Shown here piece after piece: positions 1 to 8,766 of a DNA stretch of 64,000 nucleotides. The notes under the pieces are model-generated. The model was not told the origin of the DNA. It saw only the letters and a list, made by a program, of their open reading frames with translations, and searched no databases. The position numbers were made by a program, and so were the translations under genes. Every line of letters starts with the position of its first letter. Position 1 is the first letter of the stretch. Source of the DNA: Alphaproteobacteria bacterium (GTDB lineage: Bacteria > Pseudomonadota > Alphaproteobacteria > SP197); assembly GCA_965228895.1 (NCBI GenBank), contig OZ245842.1, positions 3,200,001-3,264,000 of the forward strand. The letters are read 5' to 3'.

Positions 1-114
1 ACCCTTTACCGCGTAACGGTTGGTCAGCATCATGGCGCTATCGGCTACCGCCGGCGCCAAGGTCGCGGGCATCAGCGTGGCAACTAGAAACAACAATAGG
101 CAGCGCATGGACAT
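1..114 (-). CDS. 5' end of a putative secreted protein, running off the left edge
   Basis: Manual translation from ATG at 114: MSMRCLLLFLVATLMPATLAPAVA|DSAMMLTNRYAVKG. Signal-peptide-like, open to position 1, absent from the track. Confidence 0.5.
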   Translation of the reverse strand, partial: MSMRCLLLFLVATLMPATLAPAVADSAMMLTNRYAVKG

Positions 115-255
115 GGGCCGCTCAATCCCATTCTGTCATCGAAACACCATTGTTCCAGGCCATTATTCCGCGTGCATTGTGTCGATCCGATGTCACCCAC
201 AGGTGGACGTGACGACAGTGAGATATCGTGACCAACTTGTCCAAGAGGAAAGACG

Positions 256-882
256 ATGACGAGGATTGCAGGCGCTGCCGCGGGTGCGTTGGTGGTGTTC
301 ACTCTGACGGCCGGTACGCCCGAGACCCTGGCCGATCAGGAAGCCGCGAACTACACCCATGTGACATCCAGCCCCTGGGGACGGTGTTACGTCCGCTCCG
401 CGCCGGCCAGCGGTTACGGCAGCGAGGGTGTTAGCGACGTCTATGTCGTCGGCGACGTCGATCAACCGGACCGCAAGGTCGCGACCTATGACTTCTTCAG
501 CCTGAGTTTCTACCTGTCGTGCAACGTGATCGGCGACGACGGTGTGCCCGATGTCGCGATGGTCGGTCTTGGACCGTGGGCGCGCGGCCACACGCCAGAC
601 GATGAGACAGTCGCCTTGGCGTTGTTCTACGGCGGGGACGAAGTCGCACGTTATTCGACCTTGGATATCGCCGGCGACAACCCCGATGCCGTGGACTGTT
701 CGGTCTCGCACTATCAGGTGCTCGGCCCGATTGACGGTTACATCCGCAATGGCGACGACCGGACGGTCTTCCAGGTCACCACCCTGGACGGACGCACACT
801 CTCGTTCGACGCGGTCACCGGCGACCTTGTGGACAGCGTCGAGGACGAACCGCCCGGTTTCGGTATCGGCGCCTGCCCCTGA
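256..882 (+). CDS. Secreted hypothetical protein, tandem paralog 1 (208 aa, 4 Cys)
   Basis: GAGGAA RBS; signal peptide ending ETLA|D; gap-free alignment with 988..1614. Confidence 0.85.
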   Translation: MTRIAGAAAGALVVFTLTAGTPETLADQEAANYTHVTSSPWGRCYVRSAPASGYGSEGVSDVYVVGDVDQPDRKVATYDFFSLSFYLSCNVIGDDGVPDVAMVGLGPWARGHTPDDETVALALFYGGDEVARYSTLDIAGDNPDAVDCSVSHYQVLGPIDGYIRNGDDRTVFQVTTLDGRTLSFDAVTGDLVDSVEDEPPGFGIGACP

Positions 883-987
883 TGCGGTAGCCTCGGCATG
901 AAAGCGGGGGCCGACCGGCGTGAACCGGCATAGGCTTGGAGCGTCTGCCCCCGTACCAGGGCCGCCATCGGGGGAGATCAAGGGGTT

Positions 988-1614
988 ATGCCGTCACGTT
1001 TTGCCGCTGCGGCGTTTGCCATTCTGGCACCGTGTGTCTTGGCGCTAACCGGGCCTGCCCTGGCCGACCGGGAAGCCGCCAACTACGGTCATGTCATCAC
1101 CGATACCTGGGGCACGTGTTATGCCCGTTCGGTGCCCAGCGAAGCCTATGGCAATGGCGGGCGCACCGACATCTACCGCATCGGTTCGCTCGACGAGCCG
1201 GATATTCTGGTCGCCAGTTTTGACTTCTTCTCCCAGCAGCTCTTCCTGGACTGCCAGGTCAGTGACGGCGAAGGCGGCTTTGACGTCTCGGTGGTCGCGC
1301 TTGGACCCTGGCCGCGCGGCTCCGAACCCGATCACGAGACGGTGGCGCTTGCCATGTTCTTTGGCAGTGAGGAAATCGCGCGCCATTCGACCCTGGATAT
1401 CGCCGGCGACAGACCGGGCGCCGTCAGCTGCACGGTTTCCCACTATCAGGTGATCGACCGGGTGAACGGTTTCGGCCGCGATCTGGACGGTCACGAGGTC
1501 ATCATTTTGACCACGGTCGATGGCCAAATCATGAGTTTCGATCTGGTCACGGGCGACCTGCTGCACACCGAAACCGGATTGCCGTCGGGACCCGGTGGCG
1601 GCGAATGCCCTTAG
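988..1614 (+). CDS. Secreted hypothetical protein, tandem paralog 2 (208 aa)
   Basis: Signal peptide ending PALA|D; shares EAANY, LGPW, STLDIAGD, VSHYQV and C-terminal CP with paralog 1. Confidence 0.85.
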   Translation: MPSRFAAAAFAILAPCVLALTGPALADREAANYGHVITDTWGTCYARSVPSEAYGNGGRTDIYRIGSLDEPDILVASFDFFSQQLFLDCQVSDGEGGFDVSVVALGPWPRGSEPDHETVALAMFFGSEEIARHSTLDIAGDRPGAVSCTVSHYQVIDRVNGFGRDLDGHEVIILTTVDGQIMSFDLVTGDLLHTETGLPSGPGGGECP

Positions 1615-1631
1615 ATCGGATTCTGTTTGTT

Positions 1632-1722
1632 CCCCGCTCACGCGGGGTCGGCGCCGGCCCACTCCCCCTCCCGACCACCCATGGCAGCATCCTCGGGGTG
1701 GTCGGGAGGGGGAGTGGGCCGG
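1632..1722. repeat. REP-like extragenic palindrome
   Basis: Perfect 27-bp inverted repeat 1654-1680/1696-1722 with a 15-nt loop, preceded by hairpin CCCCGC-tcac-GCGGGG (1632-1647); lies between convergent genes. Confidence 0.8.
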
Positions 1723-1747
1723 TGGTGCCAACTAAACCAAGATCTCG

Positions 1748-2188
1748 CTAACCGGGATCGCGTCGATATCGCTGCCAGCCGCCGTCGGACCAAGCCTCGG
1801 CCGTAAAGGACGGGATGTCTTTGTCGATGCCGTAGTAGTGGCCGGCCTCATTGGTAAAGATGTGAACGACCAGTTCCAGGCCCGCGTCGTCGTCCAGCGC
1901 GCCGGCCGCGACACCCATCGGCTCGTCGGGTCCGTGGTCGAAGAACAGGCTGGACCCGCAGTTACGGCAGAAGCCACGGCGCGACACCGCTGAGGACTGA
2001 TACCATGCAAGGCCCTTGTCCTCGGTGATCGCGAATCCGTCGCGTGCCGCGGCCGTCGCCGCGTAGACATGGCCGCTCATGCGCCGGCATTGGCGGCAAT
2101 GACACGCAATGACACGCCGGTCCGGCGTGTCGATCGAGAACCGGACCTGGCCGCAGACACAACCGCCGGTGACGTTGGTGGATGTCAT
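1748..2188 (-). CDS. GFA/CENP-V family Zn-binding protein
   Basis: GGCVCG, CHCRQCR and FCRNCGS motifs. Confidence 0.9.
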   Translation of the reverse strand: MTSTNVTGGCVCGQVRFSIDTPDRRVIACHCRQCRRMSGHVYAATAAARDGFAITEDKGLAWYQSSAVSRRGFCRNCGSSLFFDHGPDEPMGVAAGALDDDAGLELVVHIFTNEAGHYYGIDKDIPSFTAEAWSDGGWQRYRRDPG

Positions 2189-2562
2189 GGCCAGGCGTTC
2201 GCCTCCTCATCAAAGTTCGATGTCTGCACGCCGACGACACAGAAGCGCTGGCCGGTCGGCGCCTCCATGACGGTCCAGTGCGCCATGGCCTTTACCGTCT
2301 GCGCGCCAAGCTGTTCCAGGCGCGCGACCTCGGCAGCGATATCATCGGTTTCGATATCCACGTGCACGCGCGGATCATGGTCGACCTGCTGCACCTCGAC
2401 GTCGAGGCCGCCCGGTCCGCTGTCGAACTGCACGTAGTTCGGATCGTCGGGGTCGAAGGGTCGGGCCTTCAGCCCGAGCGCCTTGCCCCAGAAATCGGCG
2501 GCCGTGTGAACGTCGTCGGTCCGGCAGTCGATGATCAAGCCGCCCAATCGGCTCTTATGCAT
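2185..2562 (-). CDS. VOC/glyoxalase-like protein
   Basis: IIDC..AADFW, RVHVDIETDD, EAPTGQRFCVV; 4-nt overlap with the next gene. Confidence 0.9.
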   Translation of the reverse strand: MHKSRLGGLIIDCRTDDVHTAADFWGKALGLKARPFDPDDPNYVQFDSGPGGLDVEVQQVDHDPRVHVDIETDDIAAEVARLEQLGAQTVKAMAHWTVMEAPTGQRFCVVGVQTSNFDEEANAWP

Positions 2563-2646
2563 ACTGACTCTCCTGTATGGCGACAGGGCTGCGGCGAGGC
2601 GACAGTGTCGGCACAGGATAAGGCGGCGATCAAGTGGGAACGCGAT

Positions 2647-4398
2647 TCAAGTCGAGAACAGCAACTTGATCGTCACATTGTTGCCGTGAGCTGTCGATTC
2701 CATGCGGTCGGGGTAAACACCAGTCAAAAACTCGGCGAGACCATAGGAGAACGACTCCTCCTCCAGGAACGAGCGCCGTTTCACGCCGACATTCGGCAGC
2801 GACAGCAGCGTTCCGTTGTAGGTGATCGATACGATGAAACGGAAGTCGTCGAAGCTGATCTCCGCGCGCAAATCGCTAGACACCAGGTGAGCGTGCTGAA
2901 GATGACCGAGCACCTGATTGGTGCTGGTCGTCGCGCGCTTGATCAAATCTTCGTCCACCCCCCACGCACGGCCCCTGTCGAGCAACAAACCAGCGAGGTC
3001 GTCCTGCTGCGTTGTCGCCTTTTCGAACGACAGGTCAGCCTTGCGCCGGCTGCCCAAGCGGAACACCAAGTGCAACGCGAGCGCCGATACCACCGCTATC
3101 GACAACATGGTGTCGGTCAGCGGCTGCAACACCTTCGGCAGTTGTTTGAAGTAGTCGTGATAAACTTCGCGCGCCAAGCCCAGCAACATGGGAATGCCGA
3201 TCACAAAGGTCATGCGGGTATCGATGTTGCGCGACTGAATGATCTGGATGCCGCCGGCGATCATAAACGACGCGGTGAACAAAAGTGCTGCACCCAGGAC
3301 GGCCGGCGGCAGCAACACAAAGAGCGCGCTGATCTTAGGACTGAAGGCAAAGAGGATCAGGAAACCGGCGGCAACAAAGGCAATCGCGCGGCTGGTCGCG
3401 CCCGAGGCCTTGGAAACACCGACCAGGCTGGGACCGGTATTCATGCCGATGACGCCGAGCAGGCCGCCCAAAACACAGCCAATGCCATCGGCATACATGC
3501 CGCCCTTGATCGTCGTCATATCGGGGTGCTTCCAGTCGTCATCATTGATCTTCTGGCATGTCGTGATGACGCCGACGGTTCGAAGCGCCGCGGCAATGCC
3601 GGCGACAAGAAACGCCGGAATCAGCGTGGCATCGAACGTGTAGCCGATCTGGTCAAAACCAGGCAGTGCGACCACCATCGCCTCGTCCAACGCCTGCCAC
3701 CGATCAGGGCGGATATGACCGAGCACAATGGCCAGCACGAGACCAACGACGATACCGATCATGGTGCACATGAGCCGCGCCATACCGCCGCCCCAGACCG
3801 CCAGCCCGAGGATGCACGCAAAGGTCAAGCCCGCGATCGCGATATGGGTGACGTAGTCGGGCTGACCGAGCATTTCGACGCCCAGAACGTGGTCCATCGC
3901 GACAAGGCCAAGCTGGATGCCGACGATCGCGACGATGAAACCGCTGATGGCCGGCGGGAACATGACCCGCAAGCGTTTCAAAAAACGCGCAAAAACGAGC
4001 TCGACCAGGCCGGCGAATATGGTCATGGCGAACACCGCCGGCAGCCCGCCGCTCTCCGCCGCCAGGACCGATGGGCCCAGGTAGATCGCTGAAAAAACTG
4101 GCGGCGCCAAAAAGCCGGAGCCGATGGGTCCGCGCGGAAGCGCCTGCAGCATCGTCGCCAACGCAATTGCGATCATGCCCAGGCTGGTCGCGCTGATTGT
4201 CGCCTCGTGCGACGCGCCGGCGGCGCGGAACACGATGATGATGAGCATGAGATAGACGGACAGCAGCGCCGCATACTGCAAGCCGAGCGCCAGCAAGACG
4301 GGTGGCGGCGGACGTTCGTCAACGGCGTAGATCAGGTCTTCCGGTCGTTTCGCCAACGGACTTTCCGCGCCCCCATCACCCAACAACCATACCGCCAC
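2647..4398 (-). CDS. NCS2 (uracil/xanthine) permease with ~130-aa soluble C-terminal extension
   Basis: YAVDERPP..LGLQ N-terminus, FPPAISG, ADGIG, GATSR; many hydrophobic segments; start uncertain. Confidence 0.85.
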   Translation of the reverse strand: MAVWLLGDGGAESPLAKRPEDLIYAVDERPPPPVLLALGLQYAALLSVYLMLIIIVFRAAGASHEATISATSLGMIAIALATMLQALPRGPIGSGFLAPPVFSAIYLGPSVLAAESGGLPAVFAMTIFAGLVELVFARFLKRLRVMFPPAISGFIVAIVGIQLGLVAMDHVLGVEMLGQPDYVTHIAIAGLTFACILGLAVWGGGMARLMCTMIGIVVGLVLAIVLGHIRPDRWQALDEAMVVALPGFDQIGYTFDATLIPAFLVAGIAAALRTVGVITTCQKINDDDWKHPDMTTIKGGMYADGIGCVLGGLLGVIGMNTGPSLVGVSKASGATSRAIAFVAAGFLILFAFSPKISALFVLLPPAVLGAALLFTASFMIAGGIQIIQSRNIDTRMTFVIGIPMLLGLAREVYHDYFKQLPKVLQPLTDTMLSIAVVSALALHLVFRLGSRRKADLSFEKATTQQDDLAGLLLDRGRAWGVDEDLIKRATTSTNQVLGHLQHAHLVSSDLRAEISFDDFRFIVSITYNGTLLSLPNVGVKRRSFLEEESFSYGLAEFLTGVYPDRMESTAHGNNVTIKLLFST

Positions 4399-4525
4399 AG
4401 ATCCTGAGGCGCTGCAATCGCGCGCGCTCTACAACCGGCTTGGCGATTGCACCACCCATCCGATATACGCCAAGCTGACGCCCCACGACACGGGCAATCC
4501 GCACCGTTCTTGCAAGGAGCGAACC

Positions 4526-5731
4526 ATGTGGCTTAAGGGCGGCCAGCTTTACGACGTCGACAGCGGCAGCTTCGCGCCCGGCGATATCCGCCTTGAAGGC
4601 GGCGTCATCGCCGAGATCGGGCGCGCGCCGTCAGGCACCCATGCGGTCGACCTGGACGGCGCCTATCTGCTGCCCGGTTTCATCGACTGTCATGTCCACA
4701 TCTGCGTCAACACGGAATCGGCCGACGGCAACAACCCATGGCGCGACGCGCTTCCCGCCACCATCGCACTGTGGGCGGCGCGCGCGGCACGGCGTCTGGT
4801 GCGCTGCGGCATCACGACGGCGCGCGATGTCGGCGGTTGGGACTATCACGAGATCGCCGTGCGCGAGGCCATCGACACCGGCTGGATCGAGGGTCCTCGC
4901 TTGTTGTGCTCGGGCAAGATCCTATCCATCACGTCTTCGACACGGCCCTATTACCCCGGCATGTACGAAGAAGCCGATGGGCCCGATGCCGTTCGCCATG
5001 CGGCGCGCAAACAGCTCGCCAACGGCGCCAACCTGATCAAGGTTCTGGCATCGGGCGCGGTCAACTCGACGAAGTATGAGCGGGCTGACGCCATCCAGTA
5101 CCGGCCCGACGAGCTGCGCGCAGCCGTCGAGATCGCGCAAGACAACTTCACCCACGTCGCCGCCCATGCCCACGCGACCGAGGCGATCAAAAACGCCATC
5201 CTGGCGGGTTGCCGCAGCGTCGAACACGGTACCTATGGATCGGATGAGACGTTCAAGCTGATGGTCGAGCACGGCACCTATATGGTGCCGACCATCTGTA
5301 CCGCGCACGCCTTCCTGCAGGATCCCGCGTTTGCCGCCAAAGCGCTGCCCCATGTACGCGAGCGCTATGAGGTCTTGCAGAAGATCCGCTATGCGAATCT
5401 CAACAAGGCGCGCGAGGCCGGCGTCAAGGTTGCCATGGGCACCGATGTCGGTACGCCCGGCAACCATTGCGGCGACAACATGCAAGAGGTCGCATTGATG
5501 GTGGAGCGCTGCGGTTTCTCGCCGGCCGAGGCGATCAGGAGCGCCACGGTTATCGCCGCCGAGCTGCTGGGACTGGACGATCAGGTCGGGCGGCTCCAGC
5601 CCGGCTTCGCCGGCGATGTGATTGCGGTTGCCGGTAATCCGCTGGACGACATCTATACGATGCGCGATGTTTTCTTTGTCGCCGCCAGGGGCCAGATCGT
5701 ACGCAACGATCGCGCCAAGATCCAACTTTAG
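4526..5731 (+). CDS. Metal-dependent amidohydrolase (Xaa-Pro dipeptidase-like)
   Basis: PGFIDCHVH, AAHAH, SVEHG, MGTD motifs; AAGGAG RBS. Confidence 0.9.
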   Translation: MWLKGGQLYDVDSGSFAPGDIRLEGGVIAEIGRAPSGTHAVDLDGAYLLPGFIDCHVHICVNTESADGNNPWRDALPATIALWAARAARRLVRCGITTARDVGGWDYHEIAVREAIDTGWIEGPRLLCSGKILSITSSTRPYYPGMYEEADGPDAVRHAARKQLANGANLIKVLASGAVNSTKYERADAIQYRPDELRAAVEIAQDNFTHVAAHAHATEAIKNAILAGCRSVEHGTYGSDETFKLMVEHGTYMVPTICTAHAFLQDPAFAAKALPHVRERYEVLQKIRYANLNKAREAGVKVAMGTDVGTPGNHCGDNMQEVALMVERCGFSPAEAIRSATVIAAELLGLDDQVGRLQPGFAGDVIAVAGNPLDDIYTMRDVFFVAARGQIVRNDRAKIQL

Positions 5732-5770
5732 GAAAAATAGATAACTAATTGAAAAAAATGAGTAATATGT

Positions 5771-6370
5771 ATGGAGGCTAAAGTCAGGAAAATCGTGCGG
5801 TTTGTCGACGAAACGTTGATCGAGGGCGGGCGCGAGGCGGCCTCGCCCCTGGTCCTTATCGGTGTCGCGGCGGTCATCGCGAACCCCTGGGCCGGCCACG
5901 GTTTTGTCGAGGACCTGCAGCCGGAGATCAGGGCGCAGGCACCGGGTTTAGGCGAGCGCCTAACCGCAGAGGTCATCGCGCTGGCCGGCGGCGGCGACAA
6001 GGTCGAGGGCTACGGCAAGGCGGCGGTGGTCGGCGAGGCCGGCGAGGTCGAACACGCCTCGGCCATGATCCACACGCTGCGCTTCGGCAACCACTTCCGC
6101 ACCGCCGTCGGCGCGGAGACCTATCTCTCCTTCACCAACACGCGCGGCGGTCCGAACGCCCCGGTGGTCATTCCGATGATGGACAAGCACGATGCCGGAC
6201 GGCGCAGTCACTACCTGACCCTGCAGTTCGCCATTCCCGATGCGCCAGCCGCCAACGAGATCGTCGTGGCGCTGGGCGCCTCGATTGGCGGCCGGCCCCA
6301 TCATCGTATCGGCGACCGCTACCAGGACCTCGCCGACATGGGCAAGGGCGCGGACGACGCGCCGGTGTGA
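5771..6370 (+). CDS. Amino acid synthesis family protein (DUF1185-like)
   Basis: NPWAG, YGKAAVVG..GEVEHA, RSHY, DAPAANEI, GRPHHR motifs. Confidence 0.85.
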   Translation: MEAKVRKIVRFVDETLIEGGREAASPLVLIGVAAVIANPWAGHGFVEDLQPEIRAQAPGLGERLTAEVIALAGGGDKVEGYGKAAVVGEAGEVEHASAMIHTLRFGNHFRTAVGAETYLSFTNTRGGPNAPVVIPMMDKHDAGRRSHYLTLQFAIPDAPAANEIVVALGASIGGRPHHRIGDRYQDLADMGKGADDAPV

Positions 6371-6371
6371 C

Positions 6372-7094
6372 ATGACGCTGGCGCGCATAAGAAAGACCTC
6401 CCTGCTTTCTCTGCTCGCGTTCGCGTTTTCAGTCACCCTTGGAGCGGCACAGGCCGACACGCTCGTGGTTGGCACGACGGGCGATTACAAGCCGCTTACC
6501 TGGTACGATGAGGCAACAAACACGTTCAGCGGCCGCGATATCGATCTGATAAAGGCGTTCGCCGACCACGAAGACCTGACCCTTCTTTTTGTGCAGACAA
6601 CCTGGCCGACGCTGACCGCCGACTTGCTGGCCGGCAAGTTCGACGTTGCGATCGGCGGCATCTCGCGCACCCGACAACGCGCAGGGGACGCCCTGCTCTC
6701 CGTTACCATCGAAGAAACAGGCAAGGTCGCGCTGGTGCGTTGCGGCGAGGAAGACAAGTATGGTTCGCTCGAAGCCATCGACCAGTCGGGCACCACGGTC
6801 GTCGAGAACCGCGGCGGGACCAACGCACAGTTCGCCCTGGCCAAGCTGATGAACGCCGTGCTGATCATCGTGCCGGATAACGAGCAGCCGTTCGTCTACC
6901 TATTCGACGAACGCGCCGACGTCATGTTCACCGACTCGATCGAGGCGATCTATCAGCAACAACTGACCAATGGCCTGCTGTGCGCGGTTAAGCCGGACGA
7001 ACCCTATACCCGCGTCGAGAAGGTCGTCATGTTCGCCAAGGACAAACGAGACCTGCTCGACGCCTTCGATACTTGGTTCGAGGCGCGCGACTGA
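6372..7094 (+). CDS. Periplasmic solute-binding protein family 3, cyclohexadienyl dehydratase-like
   Basis: Signal peptide; VGTTGDYKP, GGIS, NRGGTN, ADVMFTDSIEA; start at the ATG just after the upstream stop. Confidence 0.85.
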   Translation: MTLARIRKTSLLSLLAFAFSVTLGAAQADTLVVGTTGDYKPLTWYDEATNTFSGRDIDLIKAFADHEDLTLLFVQTTWPTLTADLLAGKFDVAIGGISRTRQRAGDALLSVTIEETGKVALVRCGEEDKYGSLEAIDQSGTTVVENRGGTNAQFALAKLMNAVLIIVPDNEQPFVYLFDERADVMFTDSIEAIYQQQLTNGLLCAVKPDEPYTRVEKVVMFAKDKRDLLDAFDTWFEARD

Positions 7095-7106
7095 CCACGC
7101 GCGGCG

Positions 7107-7262
7107 TCAGTTTCCGCGGCCGCGGTCGATGCTGTTGTCGGCGCGGTATTCCTGGCGCTCGTTGTGATAGGTGAATCCATCGTCGTCTCGTTGCGACGTC
7201 GCGCAGGCGGCTGTCGCCATACCAACGCCCACGAGAACGACTAAAGCGGCCAAGCGTGTCAT
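7107..7262 (-). CDS. Small lipoprotein A (51 aa)
   Basis: MTRLAALVVLVGVGMATAA|C with Cys20; purine-rich RBS; paralog at 8537..8683. Confidence 0.75.
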   Translation of the reverse strand: MTRLAALVVLVGVGMATAACATSQRDDDGFTYHNERQEYRADNSIDRGRGN

Positions 7263-7341
7263 CAGCTTTCCATCCTTCCAGACCAATTCATCGGTCCAGA
7301 AGACGTGGGGCTGGCGCGCCGCGTTGCATCGCAGGCCGGGC

Positions 7342-7364
7342 ACACATTCGTTCACGTCTGCGCG
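7342..7364 (-). promoter_or_regulatory. Conserved upstream motif, copy 1
   Basis: Plus-strand ACACATTCGTTCACGTCTGCGCG, 21/23 identical to 8767-8789; 80 nt upstream of lipoprotein A. Confidence 0.6.
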
Positions 7365-7387
7365 GGTTCCAGCAGCCGTCAGGCGCC

Positions 7388-7420
7388 AAAAAGAGAAACC
7401 GGCGCCCCGAAAGGCGCCGG
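7388..7420 (-). terminator. Intrinsic terminator of the Gly/Asn-repeat gene
   Basis: CCGGCGCC/GGCGCCGG 8-bp stem followed on the minus strand by TTTCTCTTTTT. Confidence 0.75.
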
Positions 7421-7448
7421 CTCCTAAACCCAGACGTGATGCCCCGAT

Positions 7449-8273
7449 CTAGCCGTCGTGGGTGCCGGATTCGTCGCCGCCGATACCATCAGTGCCGAAG
7501 TTGCCGTTCACACGATCGGCGATTTCACGTTCAGTGTCATGCACCGTGATTCCGGTCTCGCCGGTTTCACTGTCGGCGACGTCGTTGTCACCCTCGTTTG
7601 TCTCACTGTCGGCGGCGTCGGCTTCGCCCTCGCTCTCGCCGTCATCGTCGGCTCCGACGGGATTATCGTCGATGCCCAACAGTTCGTTGACGGCATGAAC
7701 GACGGCTTCCGTCACCGTCTTGTTGGCAGCGTCGTCAAGATCTTTGGCGGCTTCTGCCAGATTGCCATCTTGCACGTTGTCGGCGTAACCAGCGATGTTG
7801 CCGACCGCCGAGTTCTCGTTGGCATTCTCAAGCGCGTTCTCCGAAGCGTGGGCAGCGTTCAAGCGACCGAGGTCGCTGGCGTGCGCATCCGCAACACCGT
7901 CGCCATCGGTATCAACATTGTCCTTGGTATGGCCATGGGCATTGCCATTGTTGGTATTACCCGCATCGGCCTGGGAACCGTTGTTGCCATTATTGCCGTT
8001 ATTGCCGTTGTTGCCGTTGCCGCTATTGCCGCCGCCGTTGCCGTTGCCGCCCCCGTTACCGTTGCCGCCGCCATTACCGTTGCCACCGCCGTTACCATTG
8101 CCGCCGCCGTTACCGTTGCCGCCGCCATTGCCATTACCGGCGGCATAGGCTGCGTTGTCCTGGAAGCTCAAGGTCGAGGCATCAAACGAGAGCGGAACTG
8201 TCGCCGCCATCAGCGCCGCTACGGCGACGGCCGATGTCAGGCACACGATGTTGCGTGGTTTTCTGCTTTTCAT
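7449..8273 (-). CDS. Secreted Gly/Asn-repeat protein with acidic tail
   Basis: MKSRKPRNIV + hydrophobic signal; (NGNGGG)x6; LGRLNAAHAS..NSAVG core; D/E-rich C-terminus. Confidence 0.8.
   Translation of the reverse strand: MKSRKPRNIVCLTSAVAVAALMAATVPLSFDASTLSFQDNAAYAAGNGNGGGNGNGGGNGNGGGNGNGGGNGNGGGNGNGGGNSGNGNNGNNGNNGNNGSQADAGNTNNGNAHGHTKDNVDTDGDGVADAHASDLGRLNAAHASENALENANENSAVGNIAGYADNVQDGNLAEAAKDLDDAANKTVTEAVVHAVNELLGIDDNPVGADDDGESEGEADAADSETNEGDNDVADSETGETGITVHDTEREIADRVNGNFGTDGIGGDESGTHDG
7977..8138 (-). repeat. Coding tandem repeats, (NGNGGG)6 followed by (GNN)n
   Basis: Degenerate 18-bp units at 8028-8135, followed in the reading direction by 9-bp units; variation is synonymous. Confidence 0.9.
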
Positions 8274-8536
8274 TTCATCGTCCTGGTCGCGTTGGCGCTC
8301 TCTGCCCATCACTCTAAGCGAAACTCGTCTGCACAGGGGAAAAAGCTGAGGTTTGTTAACCATTTGGCACGCGAGCTGTGACGAACGACACCACGTCGAT
8401 CGCGCCTACGGCGTAGAAAACCACCGGCAAGAGCAGGATCCTTGGCGTGCTCGACTTCGTGCGCTCAACTGCTGCCGCGACTCGACGGAATCAGGACCAA
8501 CACCAACGATCCGTCAGCGTACGCCGCGAGAACACG

Positions 8537-8683
8537 CTAGTTCCGACCGCCATCGCGACCTTTGTTGAACGTGCCGCGGTCGTTGCCATAGCTTGTCCCG
8601 TCGGTGTCCTGCTGGGGTACCGCGCACGCGGCGATGCCTGTTGCAAGGCCAATCAGGACGACAAAGACTGCCAAGTGTTTCAT
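8537..8683 (-). CDS. Small lipoprotein B (48 aa), not in ORF track
   Basis: MKHLAVFVVLIGLATGIAA|CAVPQQDTDGTSYGNDRGTFNKGRDGGRN*; Cys20; homologous to 7107..7262. Confidence 0.75.
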   Translation of the reverse strand: MKHLAVFVVLIGLATGIAACAVPQQDTDGTSYGNDRGTFNKGRDGGRN

Positions 8684-8766
8684 GCGTCAAACCCCAATCT
8701 GCTGCGTTGTCATAACTCTACGTTCGATCTGAGGTTTGTTCGCCGCGCTACCAGGGGTTGGTTCAA

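Noticed and set aside
1623-1651. CRISPR array
   Set aside because: Only one repeat-like unit; no spacers or cas genes
2182-4092. 636-aa plus-strand ORF and similar long antisense ORFs (e.g. 20298..21650, 25788..26876)
   Set aside because: Antisense shadows of well-supported genes, expected at high GC; no motifs
7977-8138. CRISPR or non-coding tandem repeat; Pro/Leu-rich ORF 7795..8148
   Set aside because: The repeat varies at synonymous positions of the minus-strand gene, so the other frames are shadows
8356-8363. TTAACCAT, a CtrA-like site upstream of the Gly/Asn gene
   Set aside because: A single 8-mer without the TTAA-N7-TTAA partner; too weak
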